DNA of 64,000 nt from Planctomycetota bacterium. GTDB lineage: Bacteria; Planctomycetota; UBA1135; GCA-002686595. The stretch is taken from NCBI GenBank assembly GCA_047639675.1, contig JBLIOI010000007.1:3987-67986 (forward strand), given 5' to 3'. This document shows positions 19,317-27,665 of this stretch, piece by piece. Position numbers and translations under genes: made by a program. Each line of letters starts with the position of its first letter. Within the stretch, counting starts at the first letter, position 1. The notes below the pieces were generated by a model. That model was not told the origin of the DNA. It was given only the letters and a program-made list of their open reading frames with translations, and did no database searches.

Positions 19317-20452
19317 AGAAGGCGGCGGGCACCCCCCACCTGCTGCACGTTTTTTCAACCTTCGTGCCCGCCGGTCCGGAGATGCGTACAGTGCGCATGA
19401 TCAATGCCCTTGGCGAGAGCTATCGGCACTCCATCTTGGCGATCGATGACCGTACGGATGCGCAAACAGAATTTGATGCGACTGCCCCCGTACGAATCCT
19501 GCCGGGTCTGCCGCGTGCGGGCACGGCGAGCACGGTTAGCGCCCTGCGCAGATTGATTCGAAGGGAGCAGCCCGACCTGCTGCTTTCCTACAACTGGGGC
19601 GCCTTTGACAGCGTATTCGCTTCGCGCAGTTTGTACCGGGGGAATCGTCACTTGCATCATGAGGACGGTTTCAACGCGGACGAAGCGGACAGCTTCAAGT
19701 CTCGCCGAGTTTGGACAAGGCGGCTTTTGCTGCCAGGCGTCGCGCGCACCGTCGTCCCCTCAGAAGTGCTGATGGGCGTCGCAACCAAGACTTGGAAACT
19801 GAAGCCCAAACACATTCAGCTCATTCCAAACGGTATCGACCTCGACAGCTTCACTGAACGCGATGGAAACCCAGCCTTGCGCGCTGAACTAGGCATCTCA
19901 CCGGAAACGCCAGTGATCGGTTTCGTCGGACACTTACGACCGGTCAAGAATACGCAGAGATTGCTGCGCGCTTTCGCAGCGGTTCGCTGCGATCCTATGC
20001 CAGAGCTCGTCATGCTAGGCGAAGGTGAGGAGCGCGAGGCAATAGCGAAGGCCGCGATCGCTCTGAACATCCAAGATCGTCTACACCTCGTCGGTCACAA
20101 GTCCGACACCGCCCCTTGGTATCGTTTGATGGATCTATTCGCGATCAGTTCGGACAGCGAGCAGATGCCCGTCGCGCTCCTGGAGGCGATGGCGACTTCC
20201 TTGCCGGTCGTATCCACGGGAGTCGGTGACGTGGCTCATATGCTCTGCGCAGACCAAGCTCCATTCGTCAGCGCCGGAGCACCTTCCTCTTGGGAGTCTC
20301 AACTCACCAGTGGCTTCGAGAAAATGATCGCTTCGGTAGCCCAGCGGCAGACTCTTGGAAAAGCCAATCGCGAGCGAGTCGAAGAGCACTACTCCTTCGA
20401 TAGCATGCTGGAAAGCTACCGCACGCTCTACGATTCGATTCTCGGTAACTAA
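19313..20452 (+). CDS. Glycosyltransferase family 4 (GT-B, RfaG-like)
   Basis: 379 aa. C-terminal E-x7-E region SDSEQMPVALLEAMATSLPVVSTGVGDV. GTGA overlap with the upstream fusion gene. Confidence 0.8.
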   Translation: MKKAAGTPHLLHVFSTFVPAGPEMRTVRMINALGESYRHSILAIDDRTDAQTEFDATAPVRILPGLPRAGTASTVSALRRLIRREQPDLLLSYNWGAFDSVFASRSLYRGNRHLHHEDGFNADEADSFKSRRVWTRRLLLPGVARTVVPSEVLMGVATKTWKLKPKHIQLIPNGIDLDSFTERDGNPALRAELGISPETPVIGFVGHLRPVKNTQRLLRAFAAVRCDPMPELVMLGEGEEREAIAKAAIALNIQDRLHLVGHKSDTAPWYRLMDLFAISSDSEQMPVALLEAMATSLPVVSTGVGDVAHMLCADQAPFVSAGAPSSWESQLTSGFEKMIASVAQRQTLGKANRERVEEHYSFDSMLESYRTLYDSILGN

Positions 20453-20460
20453 TCTCCCCC

Positions 20461-21039
20461 ATGGCCGACATCCCCGCTAACCCGCCCCCCTTTCCGCCCT
20501 TCGAGGTAGCCGAATCCAAGCGGGTGTACGACTCACACTGGTGCGCTTTACGCCGCGACCAAGTCGTCTTGCCCAACGGCAAGCTCCAGGAGTACCACGT
20601 CTTCGAAGTTCCGAACGCGGTAGTCGTCGTACCTGTGCGCAAGGACGGTTCGATCATCATGCTCGGCCAATACCGCTATCCTCACGGTAATACACACTGG
20701 GAGATTCCCGCTGGCCGCATCGATGCAGGGGAAGAGCCCATCGCCGCCGCTGAGCGTGAATTGCGCGAAGAGACCGGGCATCGCGCCGGCCGCCTATTGC
20801 CCTTGCCCGGCTTCTACCCGACGAATGGTATCAGTGCGCATTACGCCCATGCTTACGTCGCACTCGACTGCGAAGCAGTAGGCGAACTGGAACTCGATGA
20901 GTCCGAACAGATCTTCGTCAAGATTTTCGAGCGCACCGAAGTCGAAGCTCTACTCGACGCGGGCCGCCTGGCGGACGCCTTCACTGCGCTTCCGTTGATG
21001 TACTACTTGCGCGGCGTGCACGAAGGCCCGCTGCGTTAG
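20461..21039 (+). CDS. NUDIX hydrolase (ADP-ribose/nucleotide-sugar pyrophosphatase-like)
   Basis: NUDIX box GRIDAGEEPIAAAERELREETG. 192 aa. Confidence 0.85.
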   Translation: MADIPANPPPFPPFEVAESKRVYDSHWCALRRDQVVLPNGKLQEYHVFEVPNAVVVVPVRKDGSIIMLGQYRYPHGNTHWEIPAGRIDAGEEPIAAAERELREETGHRAGRLLPLPGFYPTNGISAHYAHAYVALDCEAVGELELDESEQIFVKIFERTEVEALLDAGRLADAFTALPLMYYLRGVHEGPLR

Positions 21040-21058
21040 CGCGGCAAGGCTCGATGAG

Positions 21059-22063
21059 TTAGCGCGACAGGGCCCGTAAGAAACTGACTAGATTCGCAGC
21101 ATCTGCTTCCGACAGCGTGAAGGGCTTCAGCTTGTCCGACAACTGCGCATTTGCCACCCCGCCCGTACGATAGTACTCGACGACCTCTTCCAAAGTCGCT
21201 TGACTGCCATCGTGCATGTACGGCGCCGTCTTCGTCAACATTCGCAGTCCTGGCGTGCGGAACTTTCCGTGATCGCCTGCTTCGCCGGTGATCGCGCCAC
21301 GACCTTCTTCAGCGACTTCATCAAGGACACCGATACCCGTATTGTGGAAGTCCTCATCACTGAAGTTCGGGCCCTTGTGACAACGCCAGCATCCTCCGCG
21401 TCCTTGGAACAACCAAAGTCCCGAACGCTCTTGCGCTGTCAGGGCCTTGAACTCCCCCGCCTCAAAGCGGTCGACCGGAGAATTCCCCACGGACAGGGCG
21501 CGCACGAAAGCCGCTAATGCGCTCGCCAAGTTCTCTGCGGTCGGCGCGCTGCCGAAGGCGCCCTCGAATTCGTTCGTGTAGACCTCGTCTGCAGCAAGTT
21601 GCTCGATCGCGGGCTCCACACCGAGTCCCATTTCGCTCGGGTTCTCGATCGGCATGAGCACCTGATCCTCGAGTCTCGCCGCACGCCCATCCCAAAGCAC
21701 ATGGGTACTGAGGCTCTTGTTGAGCAAGCTGGGTGAATTGCGCAACGTGGGCTGGCCATTGATTCCGAGGGAATAGCGGCGGTTGTCGGCAAAAGCGAAC
21801 TCAGGTCGGTGGCAGCTTGCGCAGGCAACAGTTCCACCCTTCGATAATTTTGGATCGAAGAATAAGCGTCGCCCAAGGGCAACTTGCTTATCCGTTGCCG
21901 TCCAACCAGCGGCCAGCCCCTCAACACCGAGCAACTCCACACGTTCAAGTGGACGCGGCAGTCCGTCCACGGGAACACCCAAACCTGAGGCGCCATCATC
22001 CCTCGCCACAGCAAGTGCGGCGAGGGTGAATAGCGCACCCAAGGCGGCCCCGAAAGGAGTCAA
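21059..22063 (-). CDS. Di-haem cytochrome c peroxidase (CCP/MauG family)
   Basis: Two CxxCH haem sites (ACASCH and CWRCH). Conserved ...APYMHDGS... near the C-terminus. The ORF extends to 22168, but the signal peptide (TPFGAALGALFTLAALAVA) follows a TTG at 22063, which has GGAG 7 nt upstream and avoids overlap with the upstream gene. Confidence 0.85.
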   Translation of the reverse strand: MTPFGAALGALFTLAALAVARDDGASGLGVPVDGLPRPLERVELLGVEGLAAGWTATDKQVALGRRLFFDPKLSKGGTVACASCHRPEFAFADNRRYSLGINGQPTLRNSPSLLNKSLSTHVLWDGRAARLEDQVLMPIENPSEMGLGVEPAIEQLAADEVYTNEFEGAFGSAPTAENLASALAAFVRALSVGNSPVDRFEAGEFKALTAQERSGLWLFQGRGGCWRCHKGPNFSDEDFHNTGIGVLDEVAEEGRGAITGEAGDHGKFRTPGLRMLTKTAPYMHDGSQATLEEVVEYYRTGGVANAQLSDKLKPFTLSEADAANLVSFLRALSR

Positions 22064-22079
22064 AGAGTGACTCCGCTGA

Positions 22080-23132
22080 TTACTGTTTGGCCTCAGCCAA
22101 AAGCTCGGCGATGGTCTCATCCATCGCTTCACCATTGTGACCACGTGCACGGATCTTGCCATTGGCATCGATCAGGACGTAGGTCGGGTAGCCGGTCACT
22201 TGATACATCTTGGCGATGGCGCTCTCCGCGCCCTGGTAAGCACTCAGCCAAGTCACACCATAAGTCTCAAGCCCAGCGCTGTAGGCCTCGGGCGAATCGC
22301 CCGTGTTGACACCGATCAATTCAAAAGCATCGTCTTGATGACGCTCAACGAGCGTCTGCAGGTGGGGCATTCCCTTCCTGCACGGGCCTCACCAAAAGCC
22401 GTAGAAGTCGAGCAGCACAACTTTGCCGCGATAGTCGGACAAGTTGAAATCGAAGTCATCGTGGGTACTGCCCTCGAAGTCGGGAGCCATATCTCCGACG
22501 AAGACGTGAGATGCGGCTAATTTTTTGCCCCAGGTTGTCGATGCGAATTCCGCTTCGACTCGGGCCAGGAAGGTGATGCCGCGCGCCTTGGACTTCTCAT
22601 CCTCGGACTTCTTCAGCATGGTTCCCGCGAAATAAAGCGCGCCAGCACGATTCTCGGCTGTCTTACTTGTCTCTACGGTGGCCGCGAAGAGTGCCAAAGC
22701 TGACTCATCGCCGATCGATCGGTGATTCTTGCTGATCGATTCCAGCGCTGTGCCAAACCACTCGGCATCCTTGTGCTCTGCGACGAGCTTGTTGTAGTGC
22801 GTTCGAAGTACATCGCCGCGCTCACCCATCTTGACGCCGGTTTCGCGAACGTGCATAGCCATCCACAAGAGTGCGCGGCCATTGCCCGCATCGCTCAGCG
22901 CCTTAAACCTTGGCAAGAACGCGATGGCCGGATTCGCCTTCCGTAATTCCTTGCGCTCATCTTTTGTGGCAGCCTCCATGGCTTTGGACCACTTCGCCAC
23001 TGCGGCATTGCATTCGGCAGTAAGAGCCACAGCATCGTCGTCAACGACGACAAGACTGAGCGGTTCCGCGACTGGAACGGTTCCGGCTCCTCCGAAAAGG
23101 AAGAGCGCGGGGAACAACAGAGATTTCATCAT
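22080..23132 (-). CDS. Candidate selenoprotein: periplasmic TlpA/ResA-like thiol:disulfide oxidoreductase with Sec (UGA) in the W-U-G-P-C active site
   Basis: ORFs 22389..23132 and 22080..22370 share one frame, separated by TGA plus 18 nt. Read-through gives ...GKVVLLDFYGFW-U-GPCRKGMPHLQTLVERH...IGVN...VTGYPTYVLID..., i.e. a complete thioredoxin fold with CxxC and a cis-Pro region. N-terminal signal peptide MMKSLLFPALFLFGGAG. selB lies in the same window. Confidence 0.7.
22357..22382 (-). promoter_or_regulatory. Candidate bacterial SECIS hairpin
   Basis: 5'-UGCAGG AA GGG AAUG CCC CA CCUGCA-3' begins 6 nt after the UGA. 6-bp lower stem, 2x2 internal loop, 3-bp upper stem. The apical loop starts 17 nt after UGA and contains G/U. 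Folded by eye only. Confidence 0.45.
22389..22391 (-). other. In-frame UGA, proposed selenocysteine codon
   Basis: Minus-strand reading GGC TTT TGG TGA GGC CCG TGC = G F W * G P C. The stop occupies the position of the first Cys of WCGPC. Confidence 0.65.
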
Positions 23133-23290
23133 GATCGGGTCACCTTCGGGTTAGAACGGCGCGAGTACGCGACGATAACTCTTCTCGTGACTTGCTTTCT
23201 CTGACCAAAGCCGTTTTACCTCTTTATTTCAGAGCGGCGAGCTCTTCTCTGTGCAACTCGCAGCCACATGCCCTTTAGGAAAGCGGCAAT

Positions 23291-25087
23291 CTACTCCTTC
23301 AGCTCGAACAGTCCCATCCAGGGTCCAGGCCGTTCCATGGCCCAGATCGATGTTGCGGGAGAATCCAACTCCATCGGTAGGCGAGCCTCGCCACCCTCGG
23401 AGCCCACTGCGTAGGGACCGATCGTGATTAGCGCCTGACGCTGCTTCCCAAAGCCCTCGAATAGGCTGCCCTCGATTCCCGTTTGCAAGCGGTTGACGAG
23501 CAGGAAGTGAGTGACTCCAAGCCGCTTGAAGGCTTCAGCGGTTCCCTCTCCCAAGCGCTCGCCCAATCCCTTCCTGATAGTCACGCTGGCCCCCTGCTCA
23601 TCGATTTCGAATAGGTCGGAGACGTAGACACCGTGGACCCCACCCTCGATCACTCCCGCACGCAAAGCTTCCAAGCGTCGGGCTTCCCTTTGATAGAGGG
23701 ACGATCCGGAGGCTGTACGCAATTCGTTCAAGAGCTCCAAACTGCTCTGATCCAAGTCGACGATCGGCCCGTAGCGATCAATCGCCACGAAGGAATCAGA
23801 GGGCAAGTCGAGCAGGGCCAATTCGCCCTCGACGCGTGTGTCGTCTCGCTCTAGTAGCGAGCCCAAGCGGAGAGCTTGAATCATCGGCAGCAGAGACAGA
23901 GCAACGATTGCAACTCGCACGGCAGTCCCTCGTTGCCACACGCTTTCCACGAAGCTGCCGGCAGCGAAGGCCAAGAAGGCTCCAAGCGGCAATAAGTAGC
24001 GCACGTGTTCATTGGAGTGCGTCATGAAGAACGCGGCCCAAGCCAGAGCAAAGAGGCCCGCGGGAAGCGCTGCACGCCGCTTGAGTAAAGAGACGATTCC
24101 GAACAGCCCGAACAACGTCAAGACCGGATCGTAGAGGAAGAACGCTCGCGCCAAGTGCGGGAAAGTTTCCCAGCGCCTTGCGAAGTTTATCGACTGCCCA
24201 CCGAGGGAAAGGTCCGCTTGATCGCCCCCAATGGTTTGTGCCGCGCTCGGCACACCGTGGAGCAAGTATGCAGGATAACCGACCAGGAGTACCAACAAGC
24301 CAAAGGCCGCGACGCACAGTGTCCCCTGCTTCAAGCGCTTGACCAGGTCATCGCCAACGAAGCCCAAGGGCGACACTAGCCAAGCCAGCCCTGGAATTCC
24401 CAAGGCGAATAAACCCGATTGATGACAGGCCCCTGCAAGTGCCGCCAGCAAACCCGAAAGAAGCAATTGGCGCCCTTCTGGCTTCCTTACGTAGTTCGCT
24501 GCGGGCCACGCAGCGAGCACCATGAAAAACACAACAGCCACCCAGGGCCGTTCTTGCACGGAGAAGTGCAAGTGCATCATGCCCGTAGCAACGAACCATG
24601 CCGCCGCCCATGCGCCTTCGCGCAATCCTGCCGCGCGCGCCGCTTTGAAAGCAGCGAGTGCTGAGAGTGCACCGATGAAAACCATCAGCCAACGGGCCAG
24701 TAGATGCACCTCGCCCGGCTTTTCGAGCACGAAGTTCTTGTAGCCATCGGTACTGTCCCAGCGCCCGCTGATCCGTCCCGACATGAATTGCGTCGCGTAG
24801 ATAGGTAACAAGGCGTAGGGCAACAGATTCGGATAGCTCGAATACTGTCCCACCGGCGGCGCCAAGCTCTTTTCTTTGGCCATGCCGAGCGCCGAGCGCA
24901 CGACATGCGTGTCCGGCACGTAGTTGCGTGGAAGTCCGTGCTCCACCGCTCGCCCCCGCAAACCTAGTGCGAGCACGAAGAGTAGCAGACCAAAAAAGAG
25001 TTGTCTGCCGCCCGTCACTCCGGTCGCCTTGCGCGAGGCGCCGGTCTCTCCTTTGCCAAGCGTGTCAGGCTTCCGGGTCGACATCAA
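23291..25087 (-). CDS. Polytopic membrane protein, ArnT/PMT-like (GT39/GT83-type) glycosyltransferase candidate
   Basis: 598 aa. About 10 or more hydrophobic helices in the N-terminal two thirds, then a soluble C-terminal domain. Family-like early loop (RNYVPDTHVVRSALGM). Assignment by architecture only. Confidence 0.5.
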   Translation of the reverse strand: MMSTRKPDTLGKGETGASRKATGVTGGRQLFFGLLLFVLALGLRGRAVEHGLPRNYVPDTHVVRSALGMAKEKSLAPPVGQYSSYPNLLPYALLPIYATQFMSGRISGRWDSTDGYKNFVLEKPGEVHLLARWLMVFIGALSALAAFKAARAAGLREGAWAAAWFVATGMMHLHFSVQERPWVAVVFFMVLAAWPAANYVRKPEGRQLLLSGLLAALAGACHQSGLFALGIPGLAWLVSPLGFVGDDLVKRLKQGTLCVAAFGLLVLLVGYPAYLLHGVPSAAQTIGGDQADLSLGGQSINFARRWETFPHLARAFFLYDPVLTLFGLFGIVSLLKRRAALPAGLFALAWAAFFMTHSNEHVRYLLPLGAFLAFAAGSFVESVWQRGTAVRVAIVALSLLPMIQALRLGSLLERDDTRVEGELALLDLPSDSFVAIDRYGPIVDLDQSSLELLNELRTASGSSLYQREARRLEALRAGVIEGGVHGVYVSDLFEIDEQGASVTIRKGLGERLGEGTAEAFKRLGVTHFLLVNRLQTGIEGSLFEGFGKQRQALITIGPYAVGSEGGEARLPMELDSPATSIWAMERPGPWMGLFELKE

Positions 25088-26687
25088 AGCGCTGCAAGAA
25101 GTCGTCCGTTTTTTCTACGTCGAGCAGTTTTTCGCTCAGAAGCTCCATCGCCTCGACGAAATTCATGCGTAGAAGCACGCGACGCAAGACGTTGATACGC
25201 GTCAGACGACGACTCGAGATTAGCTTCTCTTCCTTTCGCGTACCCGACTTCTCAATGTCGATGGCCGGGAAGATGCGACGGTCCGCCAACTTACGGTTGA
25301 GCATCACTTCCATGTTGCCCGTGCCTTTGAACTCCTCGAAGATCAGTTGGTCCATACGGCTGCCCGTATCGATCAAGGCCGTGCCTAGAATCGTCAAACT
25401 ACCGGCGTCTTCCGTGTTGCGTGCGCTTCCAAAGATTTGGCGCGGACGCTCCATTGCACGCGAATCAAGACCGCCACTCATAGTGCGGCCACTGCCGCCA
25501 CCGATATTGTTGTAAGCGCGTGCCAGTCGGGTGACCGAGTCGAGGATCAAAACGACATCCTCACCCAACTCCACCAAGCGCTGGCAACGCTTCCAAACAG
25601 CTTCAGCCAGCTTGACGTGGTTCTTGGGCGATTCATCGCTCGTCGAAACAAAGACCTGGGCGCCGGTGCTGCGCTGCCAATCAGTGGCTTCCTCGGGGCG
25701 TTCATCCACCAAGAGAACCATGAGGTGCACATCGGGATAGCCCTTCTCAATGCCATCCGCAAATTGACGCATGAGCGTCGTCTTGCCCGTTCGCGGTTGC
25801 GCGACGATCAGGCCGCGCTGGCCGCGACCGACGGGAGAGAGGATGTCCAGGATGCGCATGGAAACGTCACCTGTGACATCCCCTACCTGATAGTGAAAGT
25901 CCGGATCGATCGTGGTCAGACTTTTGAAAGCACGTAGCCGGTCGTACTTGCCGGGCTCCTCGCCGTCGATAGACGTGACGCCCTCGAGTTCAAATTTGTA
26001 CTTCTTGCCCTTACTGATCGGGCCCTCGACGATTGAGCCATCGCGCAACTTGAAGCGCTGGATCATTCGTTGCGAGACAAAGACATCCTCGTTGGACGGG
26101 ATGTACATCTTGTCCAAGTTGCGCAGGGTCCCAAAGCCGCCCTTCTCCTCGATGAACAAGCCGACGGCCGTCTGCGCTATCTTCGTGCTAGCTTCTCGGT
26201 TCTCGCCGCTCTCCGCATTGCGCGAATCTTGAGGACGACCGTGGGGCCTGGAACGGCCGCGCCTCCGGCGCCCTCGACGTTGGCCACCTTCGCCGTCTCT
26301 ATCTGATGCCTGGTCGTTTTGACGGGGAGCCTCGTTTTGACGAGGAGCCTCGTTCGAGTTGCTGTTCTCTTCGGAACCTTCCGGCCGGCGCTTGCGGCGA
26401 CGGCGTCCACCACGGCGCGAATTGCCGCGCCGACTATCGGACTGTCCACCGCTATCTTCGCTGCCCCGTTGGCGTTGCGGAGAGGAGTCCGAACTACTGC
26501 TAGTGGTCGACTCACTATTCGCGGGACGTCCACGCCGGCGCCGAGTCTCGGGCTGCGCCTCGGGACTCTTGCTACGCGGCTCCTTGACAGAGTCGTCCTT
26601 CTTCGGCTTCTCTGGCTGCCTGGTGGTAGTTCGGCGAGGAGTCGACTTGCGCTTTGCACTTCGGCTTCCTTTCGCGGGTTGTTCCAT
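25065..26687 (-). CDS. rho: Transcription termination factor Rho with a long Arg/Ser/Glu-rich N-terminal extension
   Basis: CSD-like RNA-binding part (GFGTLRNLDKMYIPSNEDVFVSQRMIQRFKLRDGSIVEG), Walker A (GLIVAQPRTGKTTLM), Walker B (VLILDSVTRLARAYN). Probable start is the ATG at 26687 (MEQPAKGSRSAKRK...); the ORF extends to 26867. Confidence 0.9.
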   Translation of the reverse strand: MEQPAKGSRSAKRKSTPRRTTTRQPEKPKKDDSVKEPRSKSPEAQPETRRRRGRPANSESTTSSSSDSSPQRQRGSEDSGGQSDSRRGNSRRGGRRRRKRRPEGSEENSNSNEAPRQNEAPRQNDQASDRDGEGGQRRGRRRRGRSRPHGRPQDSRNAESGENREASTKIAQTAVGLFIEEKGGFGTLRNLDKMYIPSNEDVFVSQRMIQRFKLRDGSIVEGPISKGKKYKFELEGVTSIDGEEPGKYDRLRAFKSLTTIDPDFHYQVGDVTGDVSMRILDILSPVGRGQRGLIVAQPRTGKTTLMRQFADGIEKGYPDVHLMVLLVDERPEEATDWQRSTGAQVFVSTSDESPKNHVKLAEAVWKRCQRLVELGEDVVLILDSVTRLARAYNNIGGGSGRTMSGGLDSRAMERPRQIFGSARNTEDAGSLTILGTALIDTGSRMDQLIFEEFKGTGNMEVMLNRKLADRRIFPAIDIEKSGTRKEEKLISSRRLTRINVLRRVLLRMNFVEAMELLSEKLLDVEKTDDFLQRFDVDPEA

Positions 26688-27300
26688 CGATCCGAAGGGA
26701 ATCGAACCGGTGGTTGATGCTGAATCGTCTTTGGGGGCCAAGCGGATCCTCCGAATGGCAAGGGAGAGAATGGACTTCAAATGAACTGAAGACCGGCAAG
26801 ACCCGAGCTCGGCTCGGGCGTGCCCACAGGGGGCGGCAGCAAAGCTGCTTGGGTAGCACGGCATCACACCGTGCCTTTTCGTTCGTCCTCATGAAGTTCC
26901 GGGGAACGATCAGTGAAGATTCCGGTAAAGCGCTCGATCTTCGAACACCCTTCGGAGTGGCTCTCGAGTAATCGAGAGAGCCGAGGGGGGTCCAACGGTC
27001 GGCGGCGGCCTCTACCGGTTGAACTCGGTTCTGCCCGTTCTCCAAACCTACGCGAGCTATTCGCGCTAGAAGGGAAAAGGTGATCGAGTTCGTCGCTCAG
27101 CCAGCCTGTCGGAGCAATGCTCCAATCCGGTTGGCCTCAAGCTCTACCCACCCTACCGGACCGCAGCCTGGGAGCAATGGGGCAATTTCATCTAACCCCA
27201 TATATCGGCCGTCGGATGGCCTAAAATTAGCCTGAGTCGTCTCAGAGGGTGGTTTTTTTGTATCTGGAAGCGCTTCCGACCGTAAGAACTCGGTCCAGAA

Positions 27301-27665
27301 TCAATCCTCGCCCACGTAGCCCAGCTCTTTTAGCCGCTCGAGGTTCTGTTTGGGCTCGACCGGACGGGCGCTGTGTTGTTGCCGGAGCTCAGCGTCGATG
27401 CGCCGTTGGCTGCGCAAGAGGTCGCGCAACTTCGTGGCGATTCCCGGCCGAGATGTGGAGAGGTCATGCGCCTCATCAGGGTCGCTAGCGAGATCAAAAT
27501 CAATTCACCACCTGCCCCCTCATCCATCATCAGGCGCCAGCCGCCGAGGCGTACTGAGTGCTGTTGGTTCTCCGGAGTAAGCGCTTGGCTAAAGGAAGGC
27601 GACTCGGAGAGCTCCTCACCACAAAGCAGAGGCACCAGGCTACGCCCCTGAACGTGAACCCGAAA
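27301..27665 (-). pseudogene. Sulfatase C-terminal remnant with an internal frameshift
   Basis: One frame (27665 to about 27510) reads ...GRSLVPLLCGEELSESP...SVRLGGWRLMMDEGAGGEL. A second frame (27504..27301) reads IDFDLASDPDEAHDLSTSRPGIATKLRDLLRSQRR...LERLKELGYVGED*. Together they rebuild the usual sulfatase tail (G-x-W-K-L...ELYDL..DP.E..NL). No catalytic N-terminal domain is present. Confidence 0.5.

Noticed and set aside
27231-27260. Plus-strand hairpin CCTGAG-TCGT-CTCAG followed by GGGTGG and a T7 run, resembling an intrinsic terminator.
   Set aside because: The stem is short and imperfect, and 4 to 6 nt separate it from the T run. No plus-strand gene or obvious RNA lies upstream for it to terminate. 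It may be chance or part of the rho upstream region.
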